Source of the DNA: Alphaproteobacteria bacterium | GTDB taxonomy: Bacteria; Pseudomonadota; Alphaproteobacteria; Bin95 | Assembly (NCBI GenBank): GCA_022824105.1 | Contig: JAJEAZ010000113.1 | Span: 1-46,267 of the forward strand | Direction of reading: 5' to 3' | Length of the DNA stretch: 46,267 nt | Shown: piece by piece, positions 29,905 to 40,840 of the stretch | How the letters are laid out: every line of letters begins with the position of its first letter | How positions within the stretch are numbered: the stretch's first letter is position 1 | The notes under the pieces: generated by a model | Told to the model about the DNA's origin: nothing | What the model saw: the letters and a program-made list of their open reading frames with translations, nothing else | The model's database searches: none | Translations under genes and position numbers: made by a program

Positions 29905-31618
29905 ATGAAATGGGCCGTCGTTCCCTGCGCGATTCTTGCCGTCCTGCTTTTCGACAACGGCGCGCACGCCGATTCATGCGAACTGAAACTCGAGAACGGC
30001 TCGGTCGGCGTGTGGCATGGGCAGTGCCGGGACGGCATGCCCTACGGCAAGGGCGAATTGACCTACAACGGCAAGACGTACAGGGGCGCCGTCGAGGACG
30101 GACAGAGCGACTGGGTACGGTTCAGACTGGAAGACGAGGGGCCCGGAGACGCCCGGCAGTTCGGCGGCCAGCGCCGGGTCGGCAGCGAATCGAAAGGGCC
30201 AGCGACCGGTCAGGACTCCCAGGGCAGATTGGACGGCAGCGCTGTTGCTGGCGGAAATCGGGGCAAGTCCGCCGAAGATGTCGAAGCCGGGCCGCCTCCT
30301 GCGTCTGCCGACGCGCGCAAGACGTATGGATTCAGAGAGTATGACGCGGTCGACGGCGAGAGCCGGGACCGGGGCGAGCCCGCCGAAGACGAGGATGCCA
30401 AGGCGCCGCCGGCGTCGACCGCGGCCCGCAGCCCGCAGCCCTGAACCGCCGGCGCCCGACAGTGCGGTTCCCGACAGTGCGCTTAAGGAGGCGCCGGCCC
30501 ATGCCGGACCCGCCGCGGCGCTGTGCAAGCTGGAAGTGGCCGGGAAGTTCTACGACTGGTCGGGGCCGTGCACCGGCGACGGCAAGGCCGATGGCGAGGG
30601 CAAGGCGACCGGGCCGGACGGCTCGACCTATACGGGTTCGGCAGAGAACGGAAAGCGCCACGGCTACGGGACCGTCACCGCGCCGGGTGGCTACTGGTTC
30701 CAGGGCAGGTTCCGCAATGGCCTCGCGCACGGCGAAGCAACGTTCCGCGACCCCGACGGCAACTATTTCAGGGCCCGGTTCGAGAACGGCGAAGAGGTCG
30801 GCAAAAGAGTGCCCGTTGCATATGCGTCCCTGGACAAGGGCGAGCCGGACAATACAGACAACACCGGCGGCGAGGCGGCAGAATCCAAGCAGTGGAATGA
30901 CTCGACCGGCAGCGTTGAAGGCGAAGGCAGGGACCCGGGTGCCGCGACGGACGGTTCCGGCCCGGCGCCCGCCGGCGAGGGCAGCGTTACGGGCGATCCG
31001 GCCTATGTCGCGGCACTGGAGAAGCTCGAAGGTCGCCGCAAGGCGGGCCCGGCGGCGCCGGACGACGGATATGTCGCTGCAATCGGCCGACTGGAGAGGC
31101 GCGAAGCCGAACGGCGCATGGCGGCGCAGCGTGCGATCGAACGGGAGGCGGCGCAGCTCCGCGCCAGAATCGCCAGGGAACAGTCGCGGAAACGCGCCGC
31201 GCGAAGCGCGGCGGAACGGCAGCGGCGCCGGGAGGCGCTGGACCGGAAAGCGGAACGCGCCGCCGCGCGTTTGAATCGGGATATGGAGGCTGAGAGGGCG
31301 CGGCGGTCGCGCGCGGAAGGGCAACGCCGGTCGAAGGCGCTTCTGGACCGCAATCTGAAAATGGCCGGGCTTCAGCGGCGGCTGAACAGAGAGATATCGA
31401 ACTGCAATTCCCGGGCGCAGAACTATATGAACCGTGAATTGGCCGCTTGCAGATCCATGCACGTCACCTGCCGGGGTGCCTCCTGCGCTCAAAACGCCAG
31501 GATCAGGTGCGCCAATCAGGCGCGCAATAGCGGCCCGATAATGCGTCGCCAATGCGAGGCCTGGGCGCGCTCGGCCTATCGGCGTTCGATCGCAGCCTTG
31601 CTGGCGCAAAAATATTGA
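29905..31618 (+). pseudogene. Secreted MORN-repeat protein with coiled coil and Cys-rich C-terminus, split by a frameshift at ~30424-30441
   Basis: Signal peptide MKWAVVPCAILAVLL; MORN-like YTGSAENGKRHGYG / FQGRFRNGLAHGEA. ORFs 29905-30444 and 30245-31618 fuse in frame if one copy of a 7-bp tandem duplication is removed. Confidence 0.7.
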
Positions 31619-31691
31619 GGCTTGAACGAAGACCGTGGGGCAATGTCGCCCCGGTCGGTCAACGGGAATTCTGTCGGTGAAAGGTCAGGCA

Positions 31692-33620
31692 ATGCAGGTC
31701 CGCTCTCGTCGTTTGGCGTTGTGTTTGTTTACGGCAGCTTGTCTGTATGCGGGCGGCGCGCAGGCGGACTACGAGGCGGGCCGGGCTGCGTGGGATGCCG
31801 GGCGGCACACTGAGGCCGTGGCGCAATGGCGGGCGGCGGCGCGGGCGAAGGATGTCCGGGCGATGCTGGCGCTGGGACGGGCCTTCGCGAAGGGGCTGGG
31901 CGTGCCGCAGGATTATGTCGAGGCGCACAAGTGGCTCAACCTCGCCGCCGGCCGGGGCAGCGCCGAGGCGGCGGCGGAACGCGACGCGCTCGCGGCGAAA
32001 ATGACCGTGGAGGAACAGGCCGAGGCGCGCAAGCTGGCAAGGGCCTGGCGGATCGCTGCGCCGCCGCCGAAACCGAAGCTGCAACCGGAGCCCACAGCCC
32101 CGGCCCGCAAGGCGCAGAAGCCGAAGGCGCCGGCTCCGGCCGCCCCGCCGCCGAAGCGTGCGCTGCGCGAGGCCCAAGGATTGCTGGCGCAACTTGGCTA
32201 CAAGCCGGGCCCGGCGGACGGCGTCTGGCGGCCGGAGTCTGCGAAGGCTTACCGGGCGTTTCTCGGCAAGGCCGGCATGAGACCGGGCGACGTGCTGACC
32301 CCGGCGGGCCTGCGCGCCCTGCGCCGGGCGGCGAAAGACATGGCAGCCGTGGCGCGCTCCGCCGGCGATCGGCTGCACCGGGCCGCGCAGGCCGGCGATA
32401 TCGACGGGCTGAAGGCGGCGCTCAAGTCCGGCGCGGATGCCAACGCCCGCGACCGGCGCGGCTGGACGGCGCTGATGCACGCGGCGAACAAGGGCCAGAG
32501 CCTGATGGTCGCGCCGCTGCTGGCGGCGAAGGCGGACCCGGACGTGCGCGCCGCGGACGGCGCGACCGCCCTGTTCATGGCGGCGGCGCACGGGCATACG
32601 GAAATCGTTTCCCTGCTTATGAAGGGCGGCGCCGATATTTCGATCCGGGGGTCGAAGGGCCGGACGGCGGTCGGGATCGCCCGGCTCAGATACGGCAACG
32701 CGGCGACCGCGCGGAAGAAGGGCGCCGATCTTGCCCTCCTCGCTCTGCTGGCCGGGAAGACATGGGCCGAAGCGTCGTCGTCGCCGGAGGCGATGGAAGC
32801 CGTGCTGGCGCTGACGGCGCGGGAACGCCGCCTGATTCAGACGGGTCTGGCGTCGGCAGGCTTCAAACCCGGTCCGGCGGACGGCGTGTTCGGACCGGCG
32901 ACCCGCGCGGCGATCCGGGCGTGGCAGAAACAAAAGGATCGAACGGCGAACGGCTGGCTGACGCCGGCGGGAGTAAAGATACTGGCCGCGGCGGGCGACA
33001 AAAAGAGACGGGCCGAGGCACACCGCGCCGAAGTCGAACGGCGGAAAATCGAACGGGAGCGCAACGCCCGGAAGAAAGAGCTGGCGAAACTGGCTGGCTT
33101 CATAAGAAAAAGCCTCATCGATTGTGGGACGTTCAAATATGCTACAGTTGTCGACCGTAAATTGTACCAGACGAAATATCAAAAGGTAACGGTTTCAGGC
33201 GGCACCCTTAAATTCTCAAGATCCTTTTCCTCACGATTCCCCGGTCGCGTCGGCGGTATAAGGTATATTACAATGTATACCGGTCAGCATTCGGGAGGAA
33301 TTAATATCGATAAAGTCAATCATGTAATTTTTGGAACAGCCAAGTCACAGCGCCTCATAAAACATTTTGGCGGCGGTATTTTTGAAAGTTGGTATGTCTA
33401 TTTTTCTGGAAACAAGGGAGCAGTTTACCAAAAAGAACAGGAACGTTTCGCAACTAAGACACTAACCGGCAAGCGAGCAGGAATTACGGATACACTTAGA
33501 AATGACAGTACAGGAAGCACGGATTCTGCGCGGTTATATTTGTGCAATAGATCGATCGCTTCAGAAATTCACAGCCGAGTAGAGAACTTTTTGAAGAAAA
33601 GAACCAAAAAACGGAAGTGA
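31692..33620 (+). CDS. Secreted Sel1-repeat / peptidoglycan-binding / ankyrin-repeat protein
   Basis: Signal peptide; Sel1 GLGVPQDYVEAHKWLNLAA; two PG-binding motifs (LGYKPGPADG; GFKPGPADGVFGPATRAAIRAWQ); ankyrins (GWTALMHAA, GATALFMAAAHGHTEIV). Confidence 0.9.
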   Translation: MQVRSRRLALCLFTAACLYAGGAQADYEAGRAAWDAGRHTEAVAQWRAAARAKDVRAMLALGRAFAKGLGVPQDYVEAHKWLNLAAGRGSAEAAAERDALAAKMTVEEQAEARKLARAWRIAAPPPKPKLQPEPTAPARKAQKPKAPAPAAPPPKRALREAQGLLAQLGYKPGPADGVWRPESAKAYRAFLGKAGMRPGDVLTPAGLRALRRAAKDMAAVARSAGDRLHRAAQAGDIDGLKAALKSGADANARDRRGWTALMHAANKGQSLMVAPLLAAKADPDVRAADGATALFMAAAHGHTEIVSLLMKGGADISIRGSKGRTAVGIARLRYGNAATARKKGADLALLALLAGKTWAEASSSPEAMEAVLALTARERRLIQTGLASAGFKPGPADGVFGPATRAAIRAWQKQKDRTANGWLTPAGVKILAAAGDKKRRAEAHRAEVERRKIERERNARKKELAKLAGFIRKSLIDCGTFKYATVVDRKLYQTKYQKVTVSGGTLKFSRSFSSRFPGRVGGIRYITMYTGQHSGGINIDKVNHVIFGTAKSQRLIKHFGGGIFESWYVYFSGNKGAVYQKEQERFATKTLTGKRAGITDTLRNDSTGSTDSARLYLCNRSIASEIHSRVENFLKKRTKKRK

Positions 33621-33703
33621 TCTGCTGCTCGCCGCGGCTCGGATATCCATGAATTGAAATTCAAGAATAATGGTAAAAATCGCCCATAATCCAAGACAAT
33701 ATC

Positions 33704-33764
33704 GGCAATCGAATTCGATCCGGCGGGCGCCCGCCGGATCGAGATCGTCGATTGCCACAGGTGA
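33704..33764 (+). pseudogene. higB toxin 3' remnant embedded in a long palindrome
   Basis: Encodes ...RRIEIVDCHR*, like the HigB C-terminal VEIVDYH, ending at the higA start; perfect 28-bp palindrome at 33715-33742. Confidence 0.5.
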
Positions 33765-34060
33765 TGAACGCAATACTCCCGCTTTCCCATCCCGGCAAAC
33801 TGCTGAGGCGCGAACTCAAAGCCAAGGGGTTGAGCGCAAACCGGTTGGCCTGCGCGCTCGGTGTTTCGCCGGGCCGCGTGACGGACATTCTGAGCGGCCG
33901 CCGTTCGATCGCCGCCGACACGGCGGTTCGACTCGGCCTCTATTTCGGCAACGACGCCTCGTTCTGGTCGGGTCTGCAGAGCCAGTGCGATATCGCGCGG
34001 GTCGAACGGGATCACGGCGCCGGGATCGCCGTCCAAGTGCGCCCGGCGGATGCCGCCTGA
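33764..34060 (+). CDS. higA: HigA-family addiction-module antitoxin
   Basis: HPGKLLRREL...LSANRLACALGVSPGRVTDILSGRRSIAADTAVRLGLYFGNDASFWSGLQ. Confidence 0.9.
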   Translation: MNAILPLSHPGKLLRRELKAKGLSANRLACALGVSPGRVTDILSGRRSIAADTAVRLGLYFGNDASFWSGLQSQCDIARVERDHGAGIAVQVRPADAA

Positions 34061-34153
34061 ATCGCTTTGCCTGTAGCGCCGGAGCCCGCGCCCGCGCCTT
34101 GGGCGTCGGACCCGGCCCTTGCTCCGCACCGGCGCGCTTCCTATGATCCGGCC

Positions 34154-34504
34154 ATGACCGAAGCCATCGCCTTCGACACCCACCGCTTCGTCAAGCGCCT
34201 GACGGAGAGCGGCTTTACCGAGAAGCAGGCCGAGACCCTGGCCGAAGAGCATGTCGCTCTGCTCAACGCCAATCTCGCGACGAAGACCGATATCGCGCGG
34301 CTCGAAGCCGCGGTCGAAACCCAGCGGCAGGAGACCGCGGCCGATATCGAGGCCCTGCGGCAGGAGACCAAGACCGATATCGAAACCCAGCGGCAGGAGA
34401 CCGCGGCCGACATCGCGCGGCTCGAAGCGCGTCTGCTGAAATGGATGTTCGGCGCGATGATCGCCCAGGGCGGGCTGATTGTCGCCCTGGTCAAGCTGCT
34501 TTAG
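34154..34504 (+). CDS. DUF1640/CCDC90-like coiled-coil protein with C-terminal membrane anchor
   Basis: AFDTHRFVKRLTESGFTEKQAE...LATKTDI, 11-aa repeats (QETAADI/QETKTDI), LKWMFGAMIAQGGLIVALVKLL. Confidence 0.85.
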   Translation: MTEAIAFDTHRFVKRLTESGFTEKQAETLAEEHVALLNANLATKTDIARLEAAVETQRQETAADIEALRQETKTDIETQRQETAADIARLEARLLKWMFGAMIAQGGLIVALVKLL

Positions 34505-34638
34505 CGCGTCTCCCGCGGGATGGTGCGCCCGGCGGACGCCGCCTGAACCGCCGCGCCGCTGGACGGCGGGCCGGCGCGTTGGCATATAGACCGTCGCACG
34601 CATCACCGCCTTTGCCGCGACAGGAGCGCTATCCCGCC

Positions 34639-35001
34639 TTGGGCACGCATATCGGCACCCGCATCTATACCGCCCTGAACGGCCGGCAGGTCGGCGAGGA
34701 CGATCAGGGCAACCGCTACTATGTGGAACGGCACCCGCCGGAGGGCCGCCGGCGCAAGCGCTGGGTGATCTACAAGGGCGAGCGCGAAGCCTCGCGCGTG
34801 CCGCCGGAATGGCACGGCTGGTTGCACTACACCGTCGACGAGACGCCGGACGAGGCGCCGGTCGAGCGCAAGCCCTGGCAGGCCGAACACCGGCCCAACC
34901 TGACCGGCACGCCCGAGGCCTGGCACCCGCCGGGCAGCGAATACGAGGGCGGCCGGCGCGACGCCGCGACCGGGGACTACGAACCGTGGCGGCCGTCGTA
35001 G
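34639..35001 (+). CDS. NADH:ubiquinone oxidoreductase subunit NDUFA12 family
   Basis: GRQVGEDDQGNRYY...RWVIYKGEREASRVPPEWHGWLH...PNLTGT...GDYEPWRP; TTG start after CAGGAG. Confidence 0.93.
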   Translation: MGTHIGTRIYTALNGRQVGEDDQGNRYYVERHPPEGRRRKRWVIYKGEREASRVPPEWHGWLHYTVDETPDEAPVERKPWQAEHRPNLTGTPEAWHPPGSEYEGGRRDAATGDYEPWRPS

Positions 35002-35119
35002 GGCCGGGCGCGGAGACGGTCGCGTAGCGGTCGCACCGCAAGCGCGCCGTGCAATCGCCGCAATTCCACTTACATAGAGCCTTACACAGAGACCGCCCGG
35101 TTCGACACAGGCCGCGCCC

Positions 35120-35587
35120 ATGAGGGAAAACCGCACCGTTCTTGCGCTGACCGGCGCGCTCGCCATCGGGCTGATCCTGATCGGCATGGTTTTCGGGCTT
35201 GCGGCCGGCGAGGGGGAAGGCCGCGGCTACCTGCTCCATGCGACCTACGACCAGGCCGACGGGCTGGCGGTCGGCGCGCCGGTCTATCTCGCCGGCGTCA
35301 AGGTCGGGTCGGTCGAGCGCATGAGCCTGGACCCGCAGCGCTTCAAGGCGCGCGTCGCGCTCAGGATCGACGATAGCGTGGGCGTGCCGGAGGAGAGCGC
35401 GGCCATGATCGTCAGCGACGGCGTGCTCGGCGGCAAATCCGTCAAGATCGAGCCGGGCTCCGGCGAGGACATGATGGCGCGGGGCAGCGAGTTCGAACTG
35501 GTGCAGGACGCCGTGATCGTCGAGAGCCTGCTCGAGCGGATCGTCGAGGCCGCCGCCGCTGCACGCCGGACCGGCGCCGGCAGATAG
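35120..35587 (+). CDS. mlaD: MlaD/MCE-domain protein
   Basis: N-terminal TM; ADGLAVGAPVYLAGVKVGSV; SDGVLGGKSVKIEPG. Confidence 0.88.
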   Translation: MRENRTVLALTGALAIGLILIGMVFGLAAGEGEGRGYLLHATYDQADGLAVGAPVYLAGVKVGSVERMSLDPQRFKARVALRIDDSVGVPEESAAMIVSDGVLGGKSVKIEPGSGEDMMARGSEFELVQDAVIVESLLERIVEAAAAARRTGAGR

Positions 35588-35600
35588 GGGAGGCGCTGCC

Positions 35601-36095
35601 GTGGGACAGAGGCTGATCGAAACGGCGATGGGCGCGGTGGTTCTCGCCGTCGCCGCCCTGTTCCTGGTCTTTGCCTGGAACACCGCCGATCTGCGCCCGG
35701 TCGAAGGCTATACGCTCAAGGCCGGCTTCGCCTCGGTCGGCGGGCTCGCGCCGGGCAGCGACGTGCGGATCGGCGGGGTCAGGGTCGGCTCGGTGACCGG
35801 CCAGCGCATCGACCCGGAAAGCTATCGCGCCGAAATCGATTTCACGGTGCGCGCCGGCCTTTCCCTGCCGGTCGATACCGAGGCGTCGGTGACCAGCGAC
35901 GGGCTGCTCGGCGGCAAATATCTGCGGCTCGTCCCCGGCACGTCGAAGCGGCGCCTGGCGGCGGGCGACACGATCGGCAAAACGCGCGACGCGCTGGCGC
36001 TGGAAGAATTGCTGGCGCGCGCGATATTCCTGCTTGCCGAACCGCCGCGCGGCGCGGACGCCGGCAGCGGGACCGAAAAGAAGGACGCACAATGA
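35601..36095 (+). CDS. mlaD: MlaD/MCE-domain protein (second tandem copy)
   Basis: IETAMGAVVL; VGGLAPGSDVRIGGVRVGSV; SDGLLGGKYLRLVPG. Confidence 0.9.
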   Translation: MGQRLIETAMGAVVLAVAALFLVFAWNTADLRPVEGYTLKAGFASVGGLAPGSDVRIGGVRVGSVTGQRIDPESYRAEIDFTVRAGLSLPVDTEASVTSDGLLGGKYLRLVPGTSKRRLAAGDTIGKTRDALALEELLARAIFLLAEPPRGADAGSGTEKKDAQ

Positions 36096-36889
36096 CCGAG
36101 GCGCACCGCGCGATGGACTCCGGCTCGCGGCCCGGCGAACAGGGCTGGGACCCCGACCGCTACGCCCGGCAGGCCCGCTTCGTGGCCGATCTCGGCATGC
36201 CCGTCGTCGAACTGCTGGCGCCGCGGAAGGGCGAGAAGATCCTCGACCTGGGCTGCGGCGACGGCGCGCTCACGCTCAAGCTCCGGGACATGGGCTGCGA
36301 CGTGACCGGCGTCGACGCCAGCGCGCCGCAGATCGAGGCCGCCCGGGCGCTCGGCCTCGATGCCCGGGTCATGGACGGGCAGCATCTCGACCTGCCGGCG
36401 GACGCCTTCGATGCGGTGTTTTCCAACGCGGCGCTGCACTGGATGGACGAGGATCCGGACGCCGTGATCCGGGGCGTCTGGCAGGCGCTGAAGCCCGGCG
36501 GCCGGTTCGTCGCCGAAATGGGCGGCGGCGACAATGTCGGGCGCATCCGCCGGGCGGTCGAGGCCGCCTTCCGCCGGCGCAGCCTGGACCCCGACCGGTA
36601 TAATCCGTGGTATTTCCCGGAGCCCGACGAATACCGGGTACGGCTCGAAAATGCCGGCTTCGATGTGCGCGATATCCGGCTGATCGACCGGATGACCCGG
36701 TTGCCCGGCGAACTGGGCGGCTGGCTCGACACCTTCGCGGAAAGCTGGCTGGCGGCGCTGGAGCCGGCCGAGGCCGAGGCGGTCAAGGCCGAAGTGGCGC
36801 GCGAGGTGGCGCCGGCGCTGCGCGACGCGGACGGCGTCTGGACCGCGGACTATGTCCGGTTGCGCTTCGCCGCCGACAAGCCGCTGTAA
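36092..36889 (+). CDS. Class I SAM-dependent methyltransferase
   Basis: WDPDRY; ILDLGCGDG; FDAVFSNAALHW; LKPGGRFVAE; ADYVRLRFAA. Confidence 0.92.
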   Translation: MTEAHRAMDSGSRPGEQGWDPDRYARQARFVADLGMPVVELLAPRKGEKILDLGCGDGALTLKLRDMGCDVTGVDASAPQIEAARALGLDARVMDGQHLDLPADAFDAVFSNAALHWMDEDPDAVIRGVWQALKPGGRFVAEMGGGDNVGRIRRAVEAAFRRRSLDPDRYNPWYFPEPDEYRVRLENAGFDVRDIRLIDRMTRLPGELGGWLDTFAESWLAALEPAEAEAVKAEVAREVAPALRDADGVWTADYVRLRFAADKPL

Positions 36890-36934
36890 TTGCGGACAGA
36901 TCGTGAAACCGAGGCTGCCGGCCGCCTGTTCGAA

Positions 36935-37438
36935 ATGAATGTTTTGCAACTCTTGGGGGCAGGTGCTCTCCGCCCGATTCTGGCGGTTTCGCTGGCGCTC
37001 GCGCTGGTACTCGCCCTGGCACTCGCCCTGGCACTCGCCCTGGGGTCCGATCCTGCCGGCGCCCAGCAGACCCGGCAGGACCCCGCGACCGCCCAGCCGA
37101 AGCAGACGGAAGGCGGCGCTCCGGAGGCGCCGTTCGATCCCGATCTCCAGAATGTCGTTTTGCAGGGCCTCGACAAGGAAACCGCGCGCATCCTCACCTT
37201 CGGCGGCAAGGTCGGCGAGACCGTCCGGTTCCGGACGCTGGACATCGTTATCCGCCGGTGCCAGCGGACGCCGCCGGACCAGCCGCCGGAGCGGGCCGCC
37301 TTTCTGCAAATTTACGATATCGACGCGGAAACCGGGAAGTGGGTGATGGTGTTCAGCGGCTGGATGTTCAAATCCAGGCCGGCGCTCTCCGCGATGGATC
37401 ACCCGATCTACGATGTCTGGGTGAAGGATTGCACATAG
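36935..37438 (+). CDS. DUF2155 family exported protein
   Basis: [10 protein letters not shown]...C...[10 protein letters not shown]...[27 protein letters not shown]; signal peptide lengthened by 12-bp CTCGCCCTGGCA tandem repeats. Start uncertain. Confidence 0.88.
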   Translation: MNVLQLLGAGALRPILAVSLALALVLALALALALALGSDPAGAQQTRQDPATAQPKQTEGGAPEAPFDPDLQNVVLQGLDKETARILTFGGKVGETVRFRTLDIVIRRCQRTPPDQPPERAAFLQIYDIDAETGKWVMVFSGWMFKSRPALSAMDHPIYDVWVKDCT

Positions 37439-38061
37439 CGTTCGAATTCGCTTTCCGGCAGCGCCGGCGGAAACTCGGCCTCGACCGACAGCGCGCGTTG
37501 CAGCAGAAGGCGGTATTCCCGGCGCGCTATTTCAACCGCGCCGAACTGCGCCAGATGGTCGGTCAGGAACTGGGTATCCAGCAGCCGGTAGCCGGCATGG
37601 TCGAGGCGCGCGACCAGATGGACCAGCGCAACCTTGCTGGCGTCGGTCTCGGCGGTGAACATGCTCTCGCCGAAGAACGCCCCGGCGATCGCCACACCGT
37701 ACAGGCCGCCGGCCAGCGAATCGCCCCGCCAGCATTCGACCGAATGGGCGTGGCCGGCCCGGTGCAGCTCGGCATAGGCGCGCAGGATGTCGCGGTTGAT
37801 CCAGGTCTCGCGCCGGCCGCGGCGCGGCGCGGCGCAGGCCTGCATCACCCGTTCGAAGGCGGTATCGGTCCGCACGTCGAAGCCGGCGTTGCGGACTTTC
37901 CGGCGCAGCCGCCGCGAAATCCGGAAACCGTCGAGCGGAATGACGCCGCGCCATTCGGGATCGACCCAGACGATATCGGAGTCGCCGCGCGCCTCGCCCA
38001 TGGGGAACAGACCGCTGGTATAGGCGCGCAACAACAGCTCGGGCGTCAGGCGGTATTCCAT
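37408..38061 (-). CDS. aat: Leucyl/phenylalanyl-tRNA--protein transferase
   Basis: [50 protein letters not shown]. Confidence 0.96.
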   Translation of the reverse strand: MEYRLTPELLLRAYTSGLFPMGEARGDSDIVWVDPEWRGVIPLDGFRISRRLRRKVRNAGFDVRTDTAFERVMQACAAPRRGRRETWINRDILRAYAELHRAGHAHSVECWRGDSLAGGLYGVAIAGAFFGESMFTAETDASKVALVHLVARLDHAGYRLLDTQFLTDHLAQFGAVEIARREYRLLLQRALSVEAEFPPALPESEFERYVQSFTQTS

Positions 38062-38085
38062 CGCCGGTAACCTGTCGGGATGAGT

Positions 38086-39435
<1,350 letters not shown>

Positions 39436-39487
39436 GGGCTTGCGGTTTCCGATCGGGCCGGGTGGCGGGTCAGTGCGGCCTCCCGGG

Positions 39488-39955
39488 CTATTCGACGATC
39501 GCCAGGACGTCGCCGAACTCGACCGGCACGCCGTTTTCGACGACGATCTGCGTGACGGTGCCGGCGTGGGGCGCCTTGATCTCGTTGAAGGTCTTCATGG
39601 CTTCGACCAGCATCAGGGTTTGGCCGACGCTCACCGTGTCGCCGACGGCGATGAAGGTCGCCGCGCCCGGTTCGGGCGAGAGATAGACGGTGCCGACCAT
39701 CGGCGAGATAACGGCGCCGGGATGGTCGGCCGCTACCGGCGCCGGCGCTTCGGGCCCGCCGGGCAGGGGCGGCGGAGCGCCGTCCCCGGCCGGTGTGCCG
39801 GACGGCGGCGGGGCGGCATAGGCGATGGCCCCCGATTGCTGGCGGGCGACGCGGATCCGGAGGTCGCCGTCGTCATACTCGATCTCCGTCAGCCCGGTTT
39901 CGTCGAGCAGTTCCGCGAGGCGGCGCACGCTGTCGTCGTCGATCGTCCTGGACAT
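39488..39955 (-). CDS. accB: Biotin carboxyl carrier protein
   Basis: SPMVGT...EAMKTFNEI biotinylation motif. Confidence 0.97.
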   Translation of the reverse strand: MSRTIDDDSVRRLAELLDETGLTEIEYDDGDLRIRVARQQSGAIAYAAPPPSGTPAGDGAPPPLPGGPEAPAPVAADHPGAVISPMVGTVYLSPEPGAATFIAVGDTVSVGQTLMLVEAMKTFNEIKAPHAGTVTQIVVENGVPVEFGDVLAIVE

Positions 39956-39997
39956 GAAGGTGCTCCGTGCGGAAAGGCGGGGCGGCCGGCGGCCGGC

Positions 39998-40486
39998 TCA
40001 TCCGCTCCCCGGAGAACCGGTCGTGGGCGAACCGGTCGTCGGGGAACCGGTTGCCGATAAGTGCAGCGCCAGCGCCTGAAGCGCAAGCCGGTAACTGTCC
40101 GCACCGAAGCCGGAAATCGCGCCGAGCGCCGCCTGGGCGATATAGGAGCGGCGGCGGAAGGATTCGCGGGCGTGGACGTTCGACAGATGCACCTCCACCG
40201 TCGGCAGGCCGACGGCGCGGATCGCGTCCAGCAGCGCCACGGACGTATGGGTGAACGCGCCGGCGTTGATGACGACGCCGCTGCAACGGCCGGCGGCGCC
40301 GTGGATCAGTTCGACCAGCTCGCCTTCGTGATTGCTCTGGCGGCAATCGACGTCCAGCCCGAGTTCGGCGCCCCAGGCCCGGCACTCTTCCTCGATTTCC
40401 GCCAGGGTCGCCGCGCCGTAGATGTCCGGCTCGCGGCTGCCGAGAAGATTGAGGTTGGGCCCGTTCAGTAAAAGGATCGGATGCAT
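39998..40486 (-). CDS. aroQ: Type II 3-dehydroquinate dehydratase
   Basis: [48 protein letters not shown]; short TGSPT repeat tail. Confidence 0.97.
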   Translation of the reverse strand: MHPILLLNGPNLNLLGSREPDIYGAATLAEIEEECRAWGAELGLDVDCRQSNHEGELVELIHGAAGRCSGVVINAGAFTHTSVALLDAIRAVGLPTVEVHLSNVHARESFRRRSYIAQAALGAISGFGADSYRLALQALALHLSATGSPTTGSPTTGSPGSG

Positions 40487-40679
40487 CGGACCGGTCGTGG
40501 CTGTTCTGCCGGGTTTGTCTTGCAGCCTGGCGGCCTATTGCTATGCAGCCTGGCGGGTGTACTCAAAGATAGTGCCCGAGTTTCAGAATATCCAACCGTC
40601 CCGGCGATCTGGAATGGCCCTTCTGCGGACGCCATTCGTCGTTACCCTAAATCGACGGCAACATCTTCCTATCGGTCTT

Positions 40680-40702
40680 GTAGGGGAAGGTCGCTCCCCT
40701 AC
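40680..40702. repeat. GTAG-type REP-like hairpin
   Basis: GTAGGGGA-AGGTCGC-TCCCCTAC in the aroQ-gor intergenic region. Confidence 0.45.
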
Positions 40703-40840
40703 AGTCCGGACTCGACACTCTGCTTCCATTCGCGACGCTGGGACAGATCGGCTCGCGTTTGGGTTGCCCCGCCTGCCGCACCCGGTTGATCTGGCGGTGC
40801 GGGCGGCCCATCTGTCGGGCGCATCGACAGGCAGGCGGGC

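Noticed and set aside
34280-34430. Tandem ~33-bp repeats as a possible CRISPR array
   Set aside because: They are in-frame coiled-coil repeats in the DUF1640 gene, with no unique spacers and no cas genes.
35120-36095. Tandem mlaD duplication as a novelty
   Set aside because: To my knowledge paired mlaD genes at this locus are common in related Alphaproteobacteria.
40560-40680. Possible degraded RAYT transposase start beside the GTAG hairpin
   Set aside because: Only scattered residues across different frames resemble it; not supportable without a search.
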